From Octopus vulgaris (lineage: Eukaryota), in the NCBI GenBank assembly GCA_951406725.2, contig OX597818.1, positions 137,950,001 through 138,014,000 of the forward strand: a stretch of 64,000 bases of DNA, in the 5' to 3' direction. The position numbers were made by a program, and so were the translations under genes. The notes under the pieces are model-generated. The model was not told the DNA's origin. It ran no database searches and saw only the letters and a list, made by a program, of their open reading frames with translations. This document shows positions 28,515 to 43,190 of this stretch, one piece after another (position 1 is the first letter of the stretch; each line of letters opens with the position of its first letter).

Positions 28515-28711
28515 TTGAGTAAAAATCTTGAGAAGTACATGGAACAAATAGGGGCTGCAATAAGGGTGGAGCACTTGCAGAAAACAGCACTGCTTGCAAC
28601 CGCTCGAATACTCCGGGTGGTGCTCGAAAAATAAGAGGTGTTACCTTAGTTCACTGGTAGTGAACAGCTGACACCGTAGCACATCTCCAGCATTAGAAGC
28701 TGTGCAAAGGC
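28515..28711 (+). pseudogene. 3' end of another R4/Dong-like LINE
   Basis: Reads LSKNLEKYMEQIGAAIRVEHLQKTALLATARILRVVLEK*, then a short UTR, flanked by (TAA)n. Confidence 0.82.
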
Positions 28712-28782
28712 AATAATGATAATAATAATAATTATTATTATTATTATTACTATTATTGTTGTTGTTTTTGTTGTTGTTGTTA

Positions 28783-29153
28783 TTTCTACTCTAGGCACAA
28801 AGCCTTGAAAATTTTAGGGGAAGGGGCTAGCCGATTACATCGAACCCAGTAAGGATGAACGGCAAAGTCGACCTCGGCGGAATTGAACTCAGAACGTAGC
28901 GGCAGACGAAACACCACTGAACACTTCGCCCGGCTTGCTAATGATTCTGCCAGCTCGCTTAATATCAAAATTTAGCATAACACCCGCAATTTCGGGGAGG
29001 AGGTAAGTCGATAATATCGACCCCAGTTGACTGGTACTTCCTTTATCAACCCTGAAAGGATGAAAAGCAAAGTCAACCTCGGCGGAATTTGAACTCAGAA
29101 CGTAATGACAGACAAAATGCTGCTAAGCATTTTCCCTGGTATGCAAACGATTC
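28783..29153 (-). mobile_element. Two tandem SINE family B copies
   Basis: Two aaagtcgacctcggcggaatt(t)gaactcagaacgta modules. Confidence 0.85.
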
Positions 29154-29154
29154 T

Positions 29155-29559
29155 ACTCTCTTTACTCTTTTACTCTTCTACTTGTTTCAGTCATTTGACT
29201 GCGGCCATGCAGGAGCACCGCCTTTAGTCGAGCAAATCGACCCCGGGACTTATTCTTTGTAAGTCCAGTACTTATTCTATCGGTCTCTTTTGCCGAACCG
29301 CTAAGTGACGGGGACCTAAACACACCAGCATCGGTTGTCAAGCAATACTTGGGGGACAAACACAGACACACAAACACACACACACACACATATATATATA
29401 TACATATATACGACAGGCTTCTTTCAGTTTCCGTCTACCAAATCCACTCACAAGGCATTGGTCGGCCCGGGGCTATAGCAGAAGACACTTGCCCAAGACT
29501 GAACCCGGAACCATGTGATTGGTTAGCAAGCTACTTACCACACAGCCACTCCTGCGCCT
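29155..29559 (-). mobile_element. SINE family A copy, interrupting a family B head
   Basis: Reverse complement of the 22901 and 36190 copies, with a short deletion next to the B box. Confidence 0.92.
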
Positions 29560-29883
29560 ATTTTATGGTTCCAAATTTTGGCGCAAAAAAGAACAAATAT
29601 CAATAAAGTATTGAGGATGATCATTCTTTCCTTATCTCAATATTTTGAAATGAGGAAAGGTAGTGATGATGGTGATGATGATGATGAGGAGGATGATGAT
29701 GTGTAGGAGGAGGGGGAGAGGGAGGAGGAGGAAGACGTGGTAGAAACGGAGGAGGAGGCAGAGGAACGCAATGGTTATCTTTATCATCATTATCGTCATT
29801 ATCTCAACATTCAACATGTCGGTGTTGGAGCGGCTGGTGTTCATGGTTGTGTTGGTGGTGAAGATGGTAGTGATGATAAATTG

Positions 29884-29943
<60 letters not shown>

Positions 29944-30010
29944 GTATGTGAGTGAGTGTGTGTGTGTGAGTGTGCGCGTCTGTGTGTGTGTGTGCGTGTG
30001 CGTGTGTGTG

Positions 30011-30058
<48 letters not shown>

Positions 30059-30085
30059 TGTGTATGTGTGTGTGTGCGTGTGTGT

Positions 30086-30140
<55 letters not shown>

Positions 30141-30141
30141 T

Positions 30142-30205
<64 letters not shown>
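29884..30205. repeat. Long (GT)n microsatellite
   Basis: Directly visible. Confidence 0.98.
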
Positions 30206-30208
<3 letters not shown>

Positions 30209-30640
30209 TCTACAGAATGTAGGAGCAGGATTATTTCTGCTTTACATTGTGTTTAATGAAGTCCTACGCAGACAGACATTCCGATGTGAATCTCGCAGGA
30301 ATTTTCGGATACAACTGAACATTGCTTAGATGCGGTTATCTAATGAGCGTAGTGACATTTAGAAATAACTAATGGCGATGTTGATAAGGATTCTGTTTAA
30401 GCTCAACAATCGATTCTGAGTGCCTGGCTATTCAACCACAGGTTGAATTGAGCTTTCCTTAGTGAGTTGTGATTCCCTGATCTAAAACAAATCCTTATGC
30501 AGGTGCAGGCGTAGCTGTGTGTTTCCCAACCACATGGTGTACCCTTATCAGACGGGTGGTCATGATGGGTATTACTGGGCTTCGTATATTTTACCCCTGT
30601 GTCACTTTGATGGCATGCAGTGCTCTCTCACTCAATAATG

Positions 30641-30713
<73 letters not shown>

Positions 30714-30824
30714 TGATGATGATGATGATGATAATGATAATGATGATGATGATGATGATGATGATGATAATGATGATGATGATGATGATGATGATAATAA
30801 TAATATCGAAGGGCATAATAATAC

Positions 30825-31043
30825 TTGCAGAATCGTTAGAATGCCGGATAAAATGTGTAGCTGCATTTCGTCTGCCTTTAAGATTTGAGTTCCGTTTCTG
30901 CCGGTGTCGATTTTTGCCTTTCATTCTTCCGGGGTCGATAAAATAAGTACTAGGTGAGTACTGGAGTCGATGTAATCATTACACAGCCCCACCACCCACT
31001 CACCCACCGTTAAATTGCTGACCTTGTGTCAAAATTTGAAACC
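30825..31043 (+). mobile_element. SINE family B copy
   Basis: gcagaatcgttag...ttttgcctttcattcttccggggtcgataaaataagtac...ccttgtgtcaaaatttgaaac. Confidence 0.82.
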
Positions 31044-31795
31044 TATGGACATAGTAAATAAACACTTGCGAAAGTTGGTTCTAGTTTCCATAAATAGACA
31101 GAAATATTTGCTGACAAACCACTCTTGTGCAAAACAAATAATTGACCCAAGAACAATCTGAGTGCAAGTTTATGTGAAGATTTTGTTAAGACGCGGTGCA
31201 GTCACTCAAACCGATGTTTCAATCGATTTAAATCAACAAAGCATTCATAATAATTGTATCGACTTAAAAGCAATAACCTATCGATCTATGGAGTCCTAAA
31301 AATAAAACAAGTTAATCTCGAATCTAAAAGCGATGCTTTTCTTCTTTCTTTCTTTCCTTTTTTTCTCTCTCTCTCTCTCTCTTTTTCCTATCACCCATTT
31401 TCCGTTCTGTAAATCCCTTTCTATCTCTATCATTTAGGTTTCTATATCAATTCCACCAACGACAGTGTTTCTTTGACTTATTCAATCAATCAATCATTCA
31501 GTCAACATTATCATCATCATCATCATCATCATCGTCATCTTCTTCATCGTCGTCGTCGTGATCGCCCTCGTCGTCATCAACATCACCGTCATATGGTGAA
31601 GTGGCACAATCATTAGAGTGTCTGCATTTGCTGTATTTGTTCCGGCTCTGATAAAATAAAATTCAAGTCAAGGAGTTTGACTGATGCAGTTTCATAAACC
31701 CTTTCCCACAAAACTGCAGCCCCTTTTCATAATAGAGACTATTATTATTTTTATTATTATTATTATAATTATTATTATTATTATTATTAGTAGAG

Positions 31796-31860
<65 letters not shown>

Positions 31861-31887
31861 TGTTGAAGCAACAGCAGCAGTAGCAGT

Positions 31888-31934
<47 letters not shown>

Positions 31935-31971
31935 TAGTAGTAGTTGTTGAAGCAACAGCAGCAGTAGCAGT

Positions 31972-32041
<70 letters not shown>

Positions 32042-32324
32042 ATTTATCATCATCATAATCATCATCGTCATTATTGTTGTTATTATCAAGGTATCATCAA
32101 CGTCGATTCGATTATCAGATAACTTAGGCAACATCATCGATCTTCTTTAAGAATTATAAAAGAGATTATTCTGGAACACAAATAAGGATTAACTCGTATT
32201 AATGAAATTTCTTTTCGCTTTTCACTTACATGTCAAAAATAGAAAAAGAAAATAAAAGATATGCAATTCAGACTGGCTGATGGGAGAAAGTGAAATGTAG
32301 AAAGCAGTACAGAATACAAGAAAG

Positions 32325-32360
<36 letters not shown>

Positions 32361-33189
32361 GGGTAAAAAAAAGAGAAAGAGAACAGGGGAGAGAGTGATG
32401 GTGTGGGAGAAAAAAAGCAGAAAATGAGGAAGGAAGAAATTATGAATGATCAGGTTAAGTTGGAGCCGAGTGTAGAATATATTTCTCAAGATAAAAATAT
32501 TTATGGAAAAGGTCTTAACACTTCAGGTTTTCAGCCATTGATTCTGTAAGTTATAGCTTAATAAATCTGTTTCCACTCCCACCCATAACCCCAAATCCCT
32601 TGAGGGCTAATCAACTAGTAGGAGACGTAGAATATTTTAATGATGAGCATTTTATTTGTTCATTGCATTATCACAAAGTCTGATTGTTTTCTTTGTTATT
32701 TTTCTTCTTTTCCGTTTTCCTTTTCGTCTTTTTGCTGTATGTTATTTCTAAATTATTTTCACAAGAACAACATTCATCCTTCTGGGGTGGATAAATTAAA
32801 TATCATTGTAATTCCGGGTTCGGATAAAGAAAATATCCGTCAAGTTCTGGGGTCACCAAGTTCTGTGGAAATCTGTGGTCGATATAATCAATCAGAGATT
32901 TCTACACTTGTAGCTTTACCTCTGTTAAAAATGCACCAATTGCCCACCCCATACCCACCTCATTCACCTCCACTTACTCTGTTATTGTTATTAAGGCAGT
33001 TAGTACGCCGAGCAAAATGCTTAGCAATATTTCGTCTGTCTTTAAGTTCTGTGTTCAAATTCCACCGAAGTCGACTTCGCCTTTTATTCTTTCAGGGTCG
33101 AAAAAATAAGTACCCGACTTACCCTCTACTCCGAAATTGCTGGCCCTGTTCCAAAATTTGAAACCATCATTTAAAAAAAATTATTTTTC

Positions 33190-34160
33190 ATTTACGCAGA
33201 ACAGATTAGACTTCTAGAAGAAATTCCTTAACAGTGGGCTACAATAAGTAATAATAGTTGCCAAGAACTTTCCTAAGTATCCAGCTGCATTCTGTTTTCT
33301 AGAGCTGCACTGAAATAGGTTTTATGCCTATTTATTCTATCTATGTGTTCAAATCTTTAAGAATAGTTCCTAATGCACCTATAAATACAGGAATATATTT
33401 TACCCGCATTTTCCATAGCCACTACAATGGAGAGATCCTGGTACTTTGTTACTTGCTCTATATCTCTCATCTTGAGGGACTGTAAAGTCAGTTATCTGGA
33501 AATTTCCGTTCTCCTTGTTTCCAATCAGTCCTTTTAGTTTCTATTATCCTGTTGGTCTGAATGGTAAAATCTCACATCTTATATTTCTTACTTTCTGGTA
33601 CTAGGTTCGATTTCATACCCTTTATCAATATGGTCAAATCCTAGCTTTCTACATAGCTTCCAGTAGATTTTTCTCCTGATCTTGTCATTCTTTTGCATTC
33701 TTTCTGTGCCAGCATACTATATCTACTAACTATGTAACATTTACTTCATGCGGTTTACATAATCTACAGAACCTACATAGAGAATCTACCTGTCATTTGT
33801 CTATCTTCGCTTTTATTCAGTTAGTCCTCAATGCCTGACCTTGTTCTGCTACCAAGAAACTTTCAGTCACTCTTTTCAACCCTCCTTTCTGCAACCATAT
33901 CTCACTATTACTAATTTCTGCAATCATCTTTGGAAATCTACCATGCAAAACCTTCTCTTGCCAGTCAAATAATCTTGGTTCTTTTTTTCTGGTTTTTAAC
34001 TGTATTTGGCTTTTGGTTTCCCTGTTTCCTATTGCTACATTAGCAACTCTTGATAAAATTTCCGCACTATCACCTACACAGGCTATATCTACTCTAGCTA
34101 ACTCCACTACCTTTACCACCTTCCTTTCTAAGTAAATAAAACATCTGCTAACCATTAAAT
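33190..34160 (-). pseudogene. Degenerate R4/Dong LINE 3' portion (same family as 9441-9806)
   Basis: WQEKVLHGRF...WLQKGGLKRVTESFLVAEQGQALRTN, then REL motifs (KYQDL, GALGTI). The 3' end agtctaatctgtt is shared with 9788. Confidence 0.85.
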
Positions 34161-34199
34161 ATATCTCTAGGGGAGTCAAAACCGTGTGGTTGTTGTTTG

Positions 34200-35180
34200 A
34201 TACTCCAGAGGAGGGTAAAGAAATTTTGCTTCTTCCAACTTATTGAGGGAAAAAATTGACGAAGGCCTGGGTATTGTTTTGCCACTCGGAATTGAACCCC
34301 AGTGGATAGACGATACTATCCGTCGGGGTCTGGATGGCAGCGGAGCCAGGCTCCTCAATGTGAAAATTCTTCCTGCGGCTGATTGAGTTGGGTCAAAAGC
34401 TGTTTTGACCCTGTGGACCCAATCAGCAATGAATTTGGTTAAGCCAGATTTTTTGAAAATGGCCAGGTGCAGGTATCCGGTGATTCTTGAGGGTCACCCC
34501 CCCCCCGGTGTCATCGGTGCCTGGAGCCTGGTCAAATAAAGAAAAACTGTCCTCGGGAACAGAGAAAAGTTCTGGAGCAGTCAATTGTGACCTCTGTAGA
34601 AGAGGGAACGAAGGCGGCTGAGGAGACGGAGTAGTCCTCGGGGAAGGGCCGCAAGCGGAAGAAGGTGAACAACAATGGGAGGGGAATCTCCCGGTCACGG
34701 GGAAGACACACCCTCCCTCAGTTGAGAGGGGGGTAAAGAAGAAGAGGAAGGGAAACGGGACATTGCCGGCAGTCGGTGCGGTGACATAACACCGGAATGT
34801 CCCGGAACCTTGCCGGTAGGGATTGTGCCACCGGCAGGGGAAGAGACACCGTTGGGGGAACTGTGCCGCCAACGGTAGAATTGACTACCTCGAACCCAGA
34901 GGAAGAGGAACTATTGGTCTTCTTCTACAGAGGCGGAGAAGTAGAAGAGGTGGTGGAAAGACACCATAAGGGAGTACTTTTAACCTTCACACAGGATCCC
35001 GAATGGCCTCCGCAGATATCTGTGGAGGTCATAACGGTGGCTGTGAAGTGTAGGCTGCAGGGAGTCAATGAGGAATATCGCTTGTAGCTGGGCGACACCG
35101 GCTCGGATCCCGCCTTGGTCTTGAATGAGGCGTGGGGTATGGTGGAGTATACGGGCACAAGCGATGTCGGGGAGGAATAA
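34200..35180 (+). pseudogene. LINE ORF1 (gag-like zinc knuckle) remnant, L1/Tx1-like
   Basis: Manual translation LPLGIEPQWIDDTIRRGL...YPVILEGHPP/RCHRCLEPGQIKKNCP, i.e. CX2CX4(H>Q)X4C at 34509-34550, followed by a K/E/P-rich region. GC-rich relative to its flanks. Confidence 0.7.
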
Positions 35181-35498
35181 TATCAAAAGGTTGAAAAGCC
35201 TCAGTGTTGTAATGTTTATTATGCTACTGCATGTTATTGTGTTTAAGAGGCTTAACGCCCCAATTCTTAAATGAACTATTAGTCCAAAAATTGTGAAACT
35301 GAAGTAAGAGGTTCATTACCTCGTTTTGTCTTTTCCTGTGAAAAAAAAAGAAGGGAATAATGTTTTAGAGAAGCAAAGAATCGGCGGGCGTTTTTGTCTT
35401 CTCCCATTAATATCCTTATCATCATTCACCTCATCAATGTCTTTGTCCAGCCCGCAAGCTACTCTGTATCGTGCTTTTATGGCAAAATTTTTGAAACA

Positions 35499-35948
<450 letters not shown>

Positions 35949-36189
35949 CACATACAAGCATACATGCATACATATATGCATACACACATGCATAAATACA
36001 TATAAACACACATACATACATACACATACATACATACATACATACATACATACATACATACATACATACGCAGGTACGCCCACATACACTCATGCACACA
36101 CATACGTACATTAATATCTGTTACATCTACGAAACTTCTAACGTTGAGCACAAAGGTATACGTTGCACCCTTTTAAGTTTTTGTACGTC

Positions 36190-36600
36190 AGGCTGTGTGG
36201 TAAGTAGCTTGCTAACCAACCACATGGTTCCGGGTTCAGTCCCACTGCGTGGCATCTTGGGCAAGTGTCTTCTGCTATAGCCCCGGCCCCGACCAATGCC
36301 TTGTGAGTGGATTTGGTAGACGGAAACTGAAAGAAGCCTGTCGTATATGTGTATATATATATGTGTGTGTGTGTGTGTACGTTTGTGTGTCTGTGTTTGT
36401 CCCCCTAGCATCGCTTGACAACCGATGCTAGTGTGTTTACGTCCCCGTAACTTAGCGGTTCGGCAAAAGAGACCGATAGAATAAGTACTGGGCTTACAAA
36501 GAATAAGTCCTGGGGTCGATTTGCTCGATTAAAAGGTGGTGCTCCAGCATGGCCACATTCGAATGACTGAAACAAGTAAAAGAGTAAAAGAGTAAAGAGT
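36190..36600 (+). mobile_element. SINE family A copy (near full length)
   Basis: Matches the family A head, body and (GTAAAAGA)n tail. Confidence 0.92.
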
Positions 36601-36826
36601 ATGTGTTTGTGTGTGTGTGTGCGTGTGTGTGTGTGAATGTGTGTGTGTGTGTGTGTGTGCTTGTGTGAACCAAATCAAAGACACCCTTTTAACAAAAATA
36701 TATATACCCTAATAACAAAGTAACCTAACTCCCGTTCACACCCAAAATGCAGCTCTAATGACAATAACTGATTCGAAAATACGCCACATCCGATCAACAT
36801 CACACGTAATGCAACTACCACCATCG

Positions 36827-36889
<63 letters not shown>

Positions 36890-36925
36890 GTACTGCTACT
36901 ACTAGTACTGCTACTACTAGTACTG

Positions 36926-36973
<48 letters not shown>

Positions 36974-37086
36974 GCACACTACTGCAAAATACCCTGGCTG
37001 CACCCTTACTACATCTCCCATCGGCGCATATGCGTCAATTTCTCTACACAAGTCAAACTAACCGGACAACAACCTTGAACAAACAC

Positions 37087-37164
<78 letters not shown>

Positions 37165-37426
37165 AATACACACACACACGGATATACATACACACAGGTA
37201 CACATCCACATACGCACACACATATATATATATATGCATACATACAATCACTAAATATCAGCCACTTCTGCATTCACTCTCACTACCACTTCACAGTCGA
37301 TACGCCATCACGCGCGCGCGCACACACACACACTGCTGTACACACAACAGAGAACAACGTCAAAACTGCAAACACTATATATATCATGTAATCACAAACA
37401 CAAAAATATACTCAGGTATACAAAGA

Positions 37427-37479
<53 letters not shown>

Positions 37480-37526
37480 ATGTTACATTACTCGGTAGTC
37501 AAGATAAAACTCTAAGTTTCAGATGC

Positions 37527-37564
<38 letters not shown>

Positions 37565-37642
37565 TGAGAGAGAGGGGGAGAAAGGGAGAGAGAGGGAGAA
37601 ACAAACAGCCGACAGACAATCAGACAGTCAGATAGATATGAG

Positions 37643-38416
<774 letters not shown>

Positions 38417-38905
38417 ATTTGTGTGTGTGAGAAAGAGAGAGAGAGAGAGAGAGACCGGGAAACAGAGACACAGGGGGAGAGAGAGAGAGGCAGAAGGATA
38501 GAAGGAGGGAGGCAGACAAACAGATAAATAGATAGATAGACAGATAGACAAACAGACAGACAGATAAACCAAATTATCTACTGCATCCATCTCCCACACG
38601 GACACCACGAAACCACGTTTTCTCCTGGTGGCCAATGGCGCTGAATGTGAAGTTGGTTGAGAGTCAATTCCTAATTGGTTCACATCAAACAACAAACGGT
38701 CATCCCTCACAGACACAACAAACTCAATTGATAAACCTGGCCAACAATGCCACCGTCACCACTACCACCACCACCACCGCCGCCACCGCCGCCGCCGCCG
38801 CCACTATTATCACCAGCACAACTACCATCACCTCTACCATCACCATCATCATCATCATTATCATCATCATCATTATCATCATCATTATCATCATCATCAT
38901 CATCG

Positions 38906-38936
<31 letters not shown>

Positions 38937-38937
38937 T

Positions 38938-38998
<61 letters not shown>

Positions 38999-40614
38999 AC
39001 ATCATCATCATCACCACCACCACCACCATCCGTATATAACTACCCCAACCGACATCACATCAGTCATCAAGAAGGCTACGAAAAATATAATGCCACCATC
39101 ACTATCACCATCGCCACCACCAACAAAAACGCAACCTCCATTACGACTAATAACATGATCACTATCGCAATCAATAGCAAAACTGCCATCGTTATAATTC
39201 AGTTACCATCACGACTACCACCGCAACCATCACAACCACTAACTTCAACACAGCTACCGCTGCCATTAGCAACGCAACCACATTGCCACTACCACCATCG
39301 CTATCACAACCACCACTACCCTCACAACAGCCATCACCGTCGCAATCAACATCACCATCGCAGTCAACATCACCACCACCACCATTATCAGAGCTATCAT
39401 CACCATCACAACCACCATCACCATTACAACCAACATCACCACCATCACAACCACTGCCACCATCATAATCATCATCACAAACACTCCACCACCACCACTA
39501 CTACCATCACAATCGCCACTGCCAACACCACCATAACCACAACTCCACCATCCACAAAACATCAGCACTGCTTTGAAAAACAAGGCTGCTATCACTGCAA
39601 TACGAACTACCGCCATCACCTCTACTACCACAGTCATCACCGCTATCACACTACCACCACAACTACAACATGGTCAATCCTACACCATCACAAATGTCAC
39701 CACTACCACCACTACTGTAGTTACGACTATCATCACCACCATCACCTCTTCGTCCATCTCTATCTCTGTCACCATGCCGCCACCCAACCCCATGCCGCCA
39801 TCATTAACGCCATCGAAGAGGTCGTCTACCAATACATTACACTCTCCACTTCACCTTAGACTAGATGCTTTGTCTCCTCTCTCTCTTTTTATTCAACCTC
39901 CTCTACTACAGTCTCTGCTCATAAGAAGTAGTTAGATTACTCCATAGTAATTCCACTCTCTTATATCTATAACACCTTCTTCCATCAATCATAAAGTATT
40001 ACCCCTCTTTTAGTCAACTAAACTGAACCTCTATTCCTAATCCCACACACCGCTGGTGTATGGGATTAGGATTTCTTGCTCTATAGACTGGTTTCATGCA
40101 AGACAATTTTCCCTTGGCCCGGGTGATCACGCGCACATAAAATACAAAAGCATCCATAACATGTAATTTATCATGCATGTAATTCCCTCATTACACACAC
40201 ACACACACACAAACATACACACATAGTCTTGCGGTCCTGTTGTCTGCTAGAGGATGGAAGAGGCTTGCTCCCCCTACTAGCAATATATATGTATATACTG
40301 GGTACAGCGCCGCACTGATAACCAGCTGGCGGAAGATTTACCTGGGTTAAACTCGTACTAACATGGAGCAGCTACTTTGATGTGCCGAATAAATTTACTT
40401 GTTAGTATAGTTAATTCTCTGATCTCTTCTTGAGATTTTATTACCTGCTATTTTGCCTATATATATATATATGGCAAATATTATTATTTGCAATTTTTGC
40501 AATTTTACAATACCGATATAAACTAGTACTTTCATGCGTTGCGCAATCATCATGTTTACGTAGTGACAGGCGTGTTTCAGAACTGACAACTGTGCGTGTA
40601 TGTGTGAATACAAG

Positions 40615-40652
<38 letters not shown>

Positions 40653-40661
40653 CGCACACAT

Positions 40662-40740
<79 letters not shown>

Positions 40741-40743
<3 letters not shown>

Positions 40744-40940
40744 AGAGTTTACGAAAAAAACAAAAGACCAAGACAGGTGGTGTACAAAACAGACAGATGT
40801 ATTAGTATTACGCTCAGGAATAGAAAAAGTCTTCTACGTTTCGAGCCTACGCTCTTCTACAAAAGGGACACAGAAAAAACAAGGAGAGAAACAAGAAGAG
40901 AAAAAAATGTGTGTTGTGTTTAACGATCTATCATGGCGAT
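40741..40940 (-). mobile_element. (TA)n-embedded mini-element with hammerhead-like core (Penelope pLTR-like)
   Basis: Minus strand ttgtaga-a-gagc-gtag-gctc-gaaa-cgta. Homologous along its length to 25973-26160. Confidence 0.7.
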
Positions 40941-42040
40941 ATATATATATGTATGTGTGTATGTATGTATGTATGTATGTATGTATGTATGTATGTATGT
41001 ATGTATGTATGTATGTATGTATGTGTATGTATATATATATATATGTATGTATATGTATATATATATATATACACATATAATTCATATATAATACAAAACA
41101 CTGCGCAGAGTGCAATAGTTAATGAAACAGAAATAAATTTTAAAATTTAATTCTTTCTGTGTAGCCCGGCACGAAATGATCCACGGCTTATCCAATATTG
41201 GTCTACGGCCCGATGGTTCTGGACCCTGCACTACAATATCCCCTGTATCAATCCTTCGTCTCTACAATGTCATCCTATTGACATTCCCCAATCCTGTTTT
41301 TCCCCCCAGTTGCAGCCATCCAAACTGAACATCAACTCTATGAATTCTACATGTGTAGCTTGGTTAGCAAGCATCATAGACACAGTAACTTCCTCTTGAC
41401 TTATAAAAGTAAAAAATATCATTACATTTTCAATTTGACCGAGTGGTCAAGTCTGAAACAGTATTGATTATATATAAAACTGTTCAATCGAGTCTGACCT
41501 GAAGCTAGACAGCAACAGCTACAATAAAAAGGAACAGTTACTACTTCTCTGGCTGTGGAAAATGGATGATTATCACAACATCTTCTACCACTTTTTCATA
41601 CTTTCTCCAAATGTCAGGATGAATTTACAGCTTGCCAAGAAGAAAACAATTATCAGCATCGATGAAAGCAAATATTATCAGGTTCAACCATTATCATCCC
41701 AACATTATCAGAACCAACATCATCGGAACCATCATTAAAGTTAACATTGACGGAAGCGCCATTATCAGAGCCAACATGATCAAAACCGCCATTAACAGAG
41801 CCAAAGTTGTCACAACCAACACTAAAATCAGCATGAAACCAACATTATTAGAATAGACGGTATTAAAATAAACATCATCAGAATCAGCACTCAAATCAAC
41901 ATTATCACGATCAACATTAAAATAAGTATTATCAAAACCAACACTAAAACCGTCACTAACTGAACCAACACTTAAACCAACAGTATCAGAACCAACACGA
42001 AAGCCAATATTAAATAGGACCAACAATAAAACAAACATTC

Positions 42041-42664
42041 ACTACTTCAGGGAGTGACGACCCTGCCTGATACGAGTCTCGGGCTCAGGTGGCTCCGGCT
42101 GATAGTACTCGGTATAGGCGGCGAGCTGGCAGAATCGTTAGCACGTCGAGCGAAATGCTTAGCGATATTTCGGCTGCCGTTACGTTGTGAGTTCAAATTC
42201 CGCCGAGGTCGACTTTGCCTTTCATCCTTTCGGGGTCGATAAATTAAGTACCAGTTACGCACTGGGGTCGATGTAATCGACTTAATACCTATGTTTGTCC
42301 CCTTGTGGGTAATAAAGAAATAGGTATGGGCCCCTATCCAGGGTTACGGAAAGGAGACACCCTTCAAAGAACTCCGGAGTTGAGCCCTGTAAGAGGTTTA
42401 GTGTTCGACTCGACACTCTTCCGGCAGCTCCTGCAGCCAAGCTGGTACAAAATGTAGTGCTCTGTACTCCTTTGGACTACGTCAGCAAGGTCAAGAGAGG
42501 AATCCTGACGATTGGGCTACGCAGGATTTTCTTACATCTAGCCCAGGCCTGCGCAAAACTGGAAAGGAAACTGGAGAGGACATGAAATGTAAAAACCAGA
42601 CTGGATTAGTTTATGCACAACTCCAGTGTCTCCCGAGACAAAAAGATGCCAACAACAACAACAA
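42041..42664 (+). mobile_element. Non-coding retroposon with (CAA)n tail, probably RTE-derived
   Basis: GC-rich insert in the minisatellite ending gatgccaacaacaacaacaa. The family assignment is from recollection only. Confidence 0.5.
42117..42322 (+). mobile_element. SINE family B copy nested in the 42041 element
   Basis: Intact head and B box gagttcaaattcc; ggtat is repeated on both sides. Confidence 0.92.
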
Positions 42665-42989
42665 GACCACGGTTAACTGAACCGACACTAAAACCAACAT
42701 TATCAGAACCAACACTATAAGCAACATTATTACAGCAAAATTATTAAACCAAAATTATCAAAAGCAACATTAAACTACCGTTAACTGAACCAACAATAAA
42801 ACAAACATTATCAGAACACTAAAACCACGATTAACTGAACCGACACTAAAGCTAACATTATCAGAAGCAACATTATAAGCAACATTATCAGAACCGGTAC
42901 AAAAAACCAGCATTATCGTTTCAATATCTTCACCTACATCGATCTATATTCTGATGTTATAAACCCTTAAGTGTGCCGCTATGTGGACG

Positions 42990-43190
42990 CTCAATCGGCT
43001 AGAAATGGTAGCGAAATCTCCTTCGAATCACACGCAATCATCTTCAAAAAAAAAAAAATAATAAATAAAGGAAAGGCACATCGGACAATGTAGTTATTGG
43101 TTTCTTGCATTTGGGGAAAATACATGATAGTCACGGCTGGGATGCTTCTGATCATAGACCCCACCAGGGCTGACATCAGAGTAAAGCATA
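42990..43190 (+). mobile_element. Fragment of a further interspersed repeat (family D)
   Basis: The ctagaaat(a/g)g(c/t)agc(c/g)aaat motif recurs near 2150 (minus strand), 3935 and 62005. Confidence 0.45.

Larger units (their letters stand above)
41690..42920 (+). repeat. Degenerate ~15-bp minisatellite (CAACATTATCAGAAC) split by an insertion
   Basis: Recurring aacattatcagaacc / aacactaaaacc units at 41690-42040 and 42665-42920. Confidence 0.8.

Noticed and set aside
38747-39859. 370-aa ORF rich in Pro/Ser/His/Thr
   Set aside because: It is a translation of (CAT)n/(CAC)n triplet repeats, open in several frames and on both strands, with no domain.
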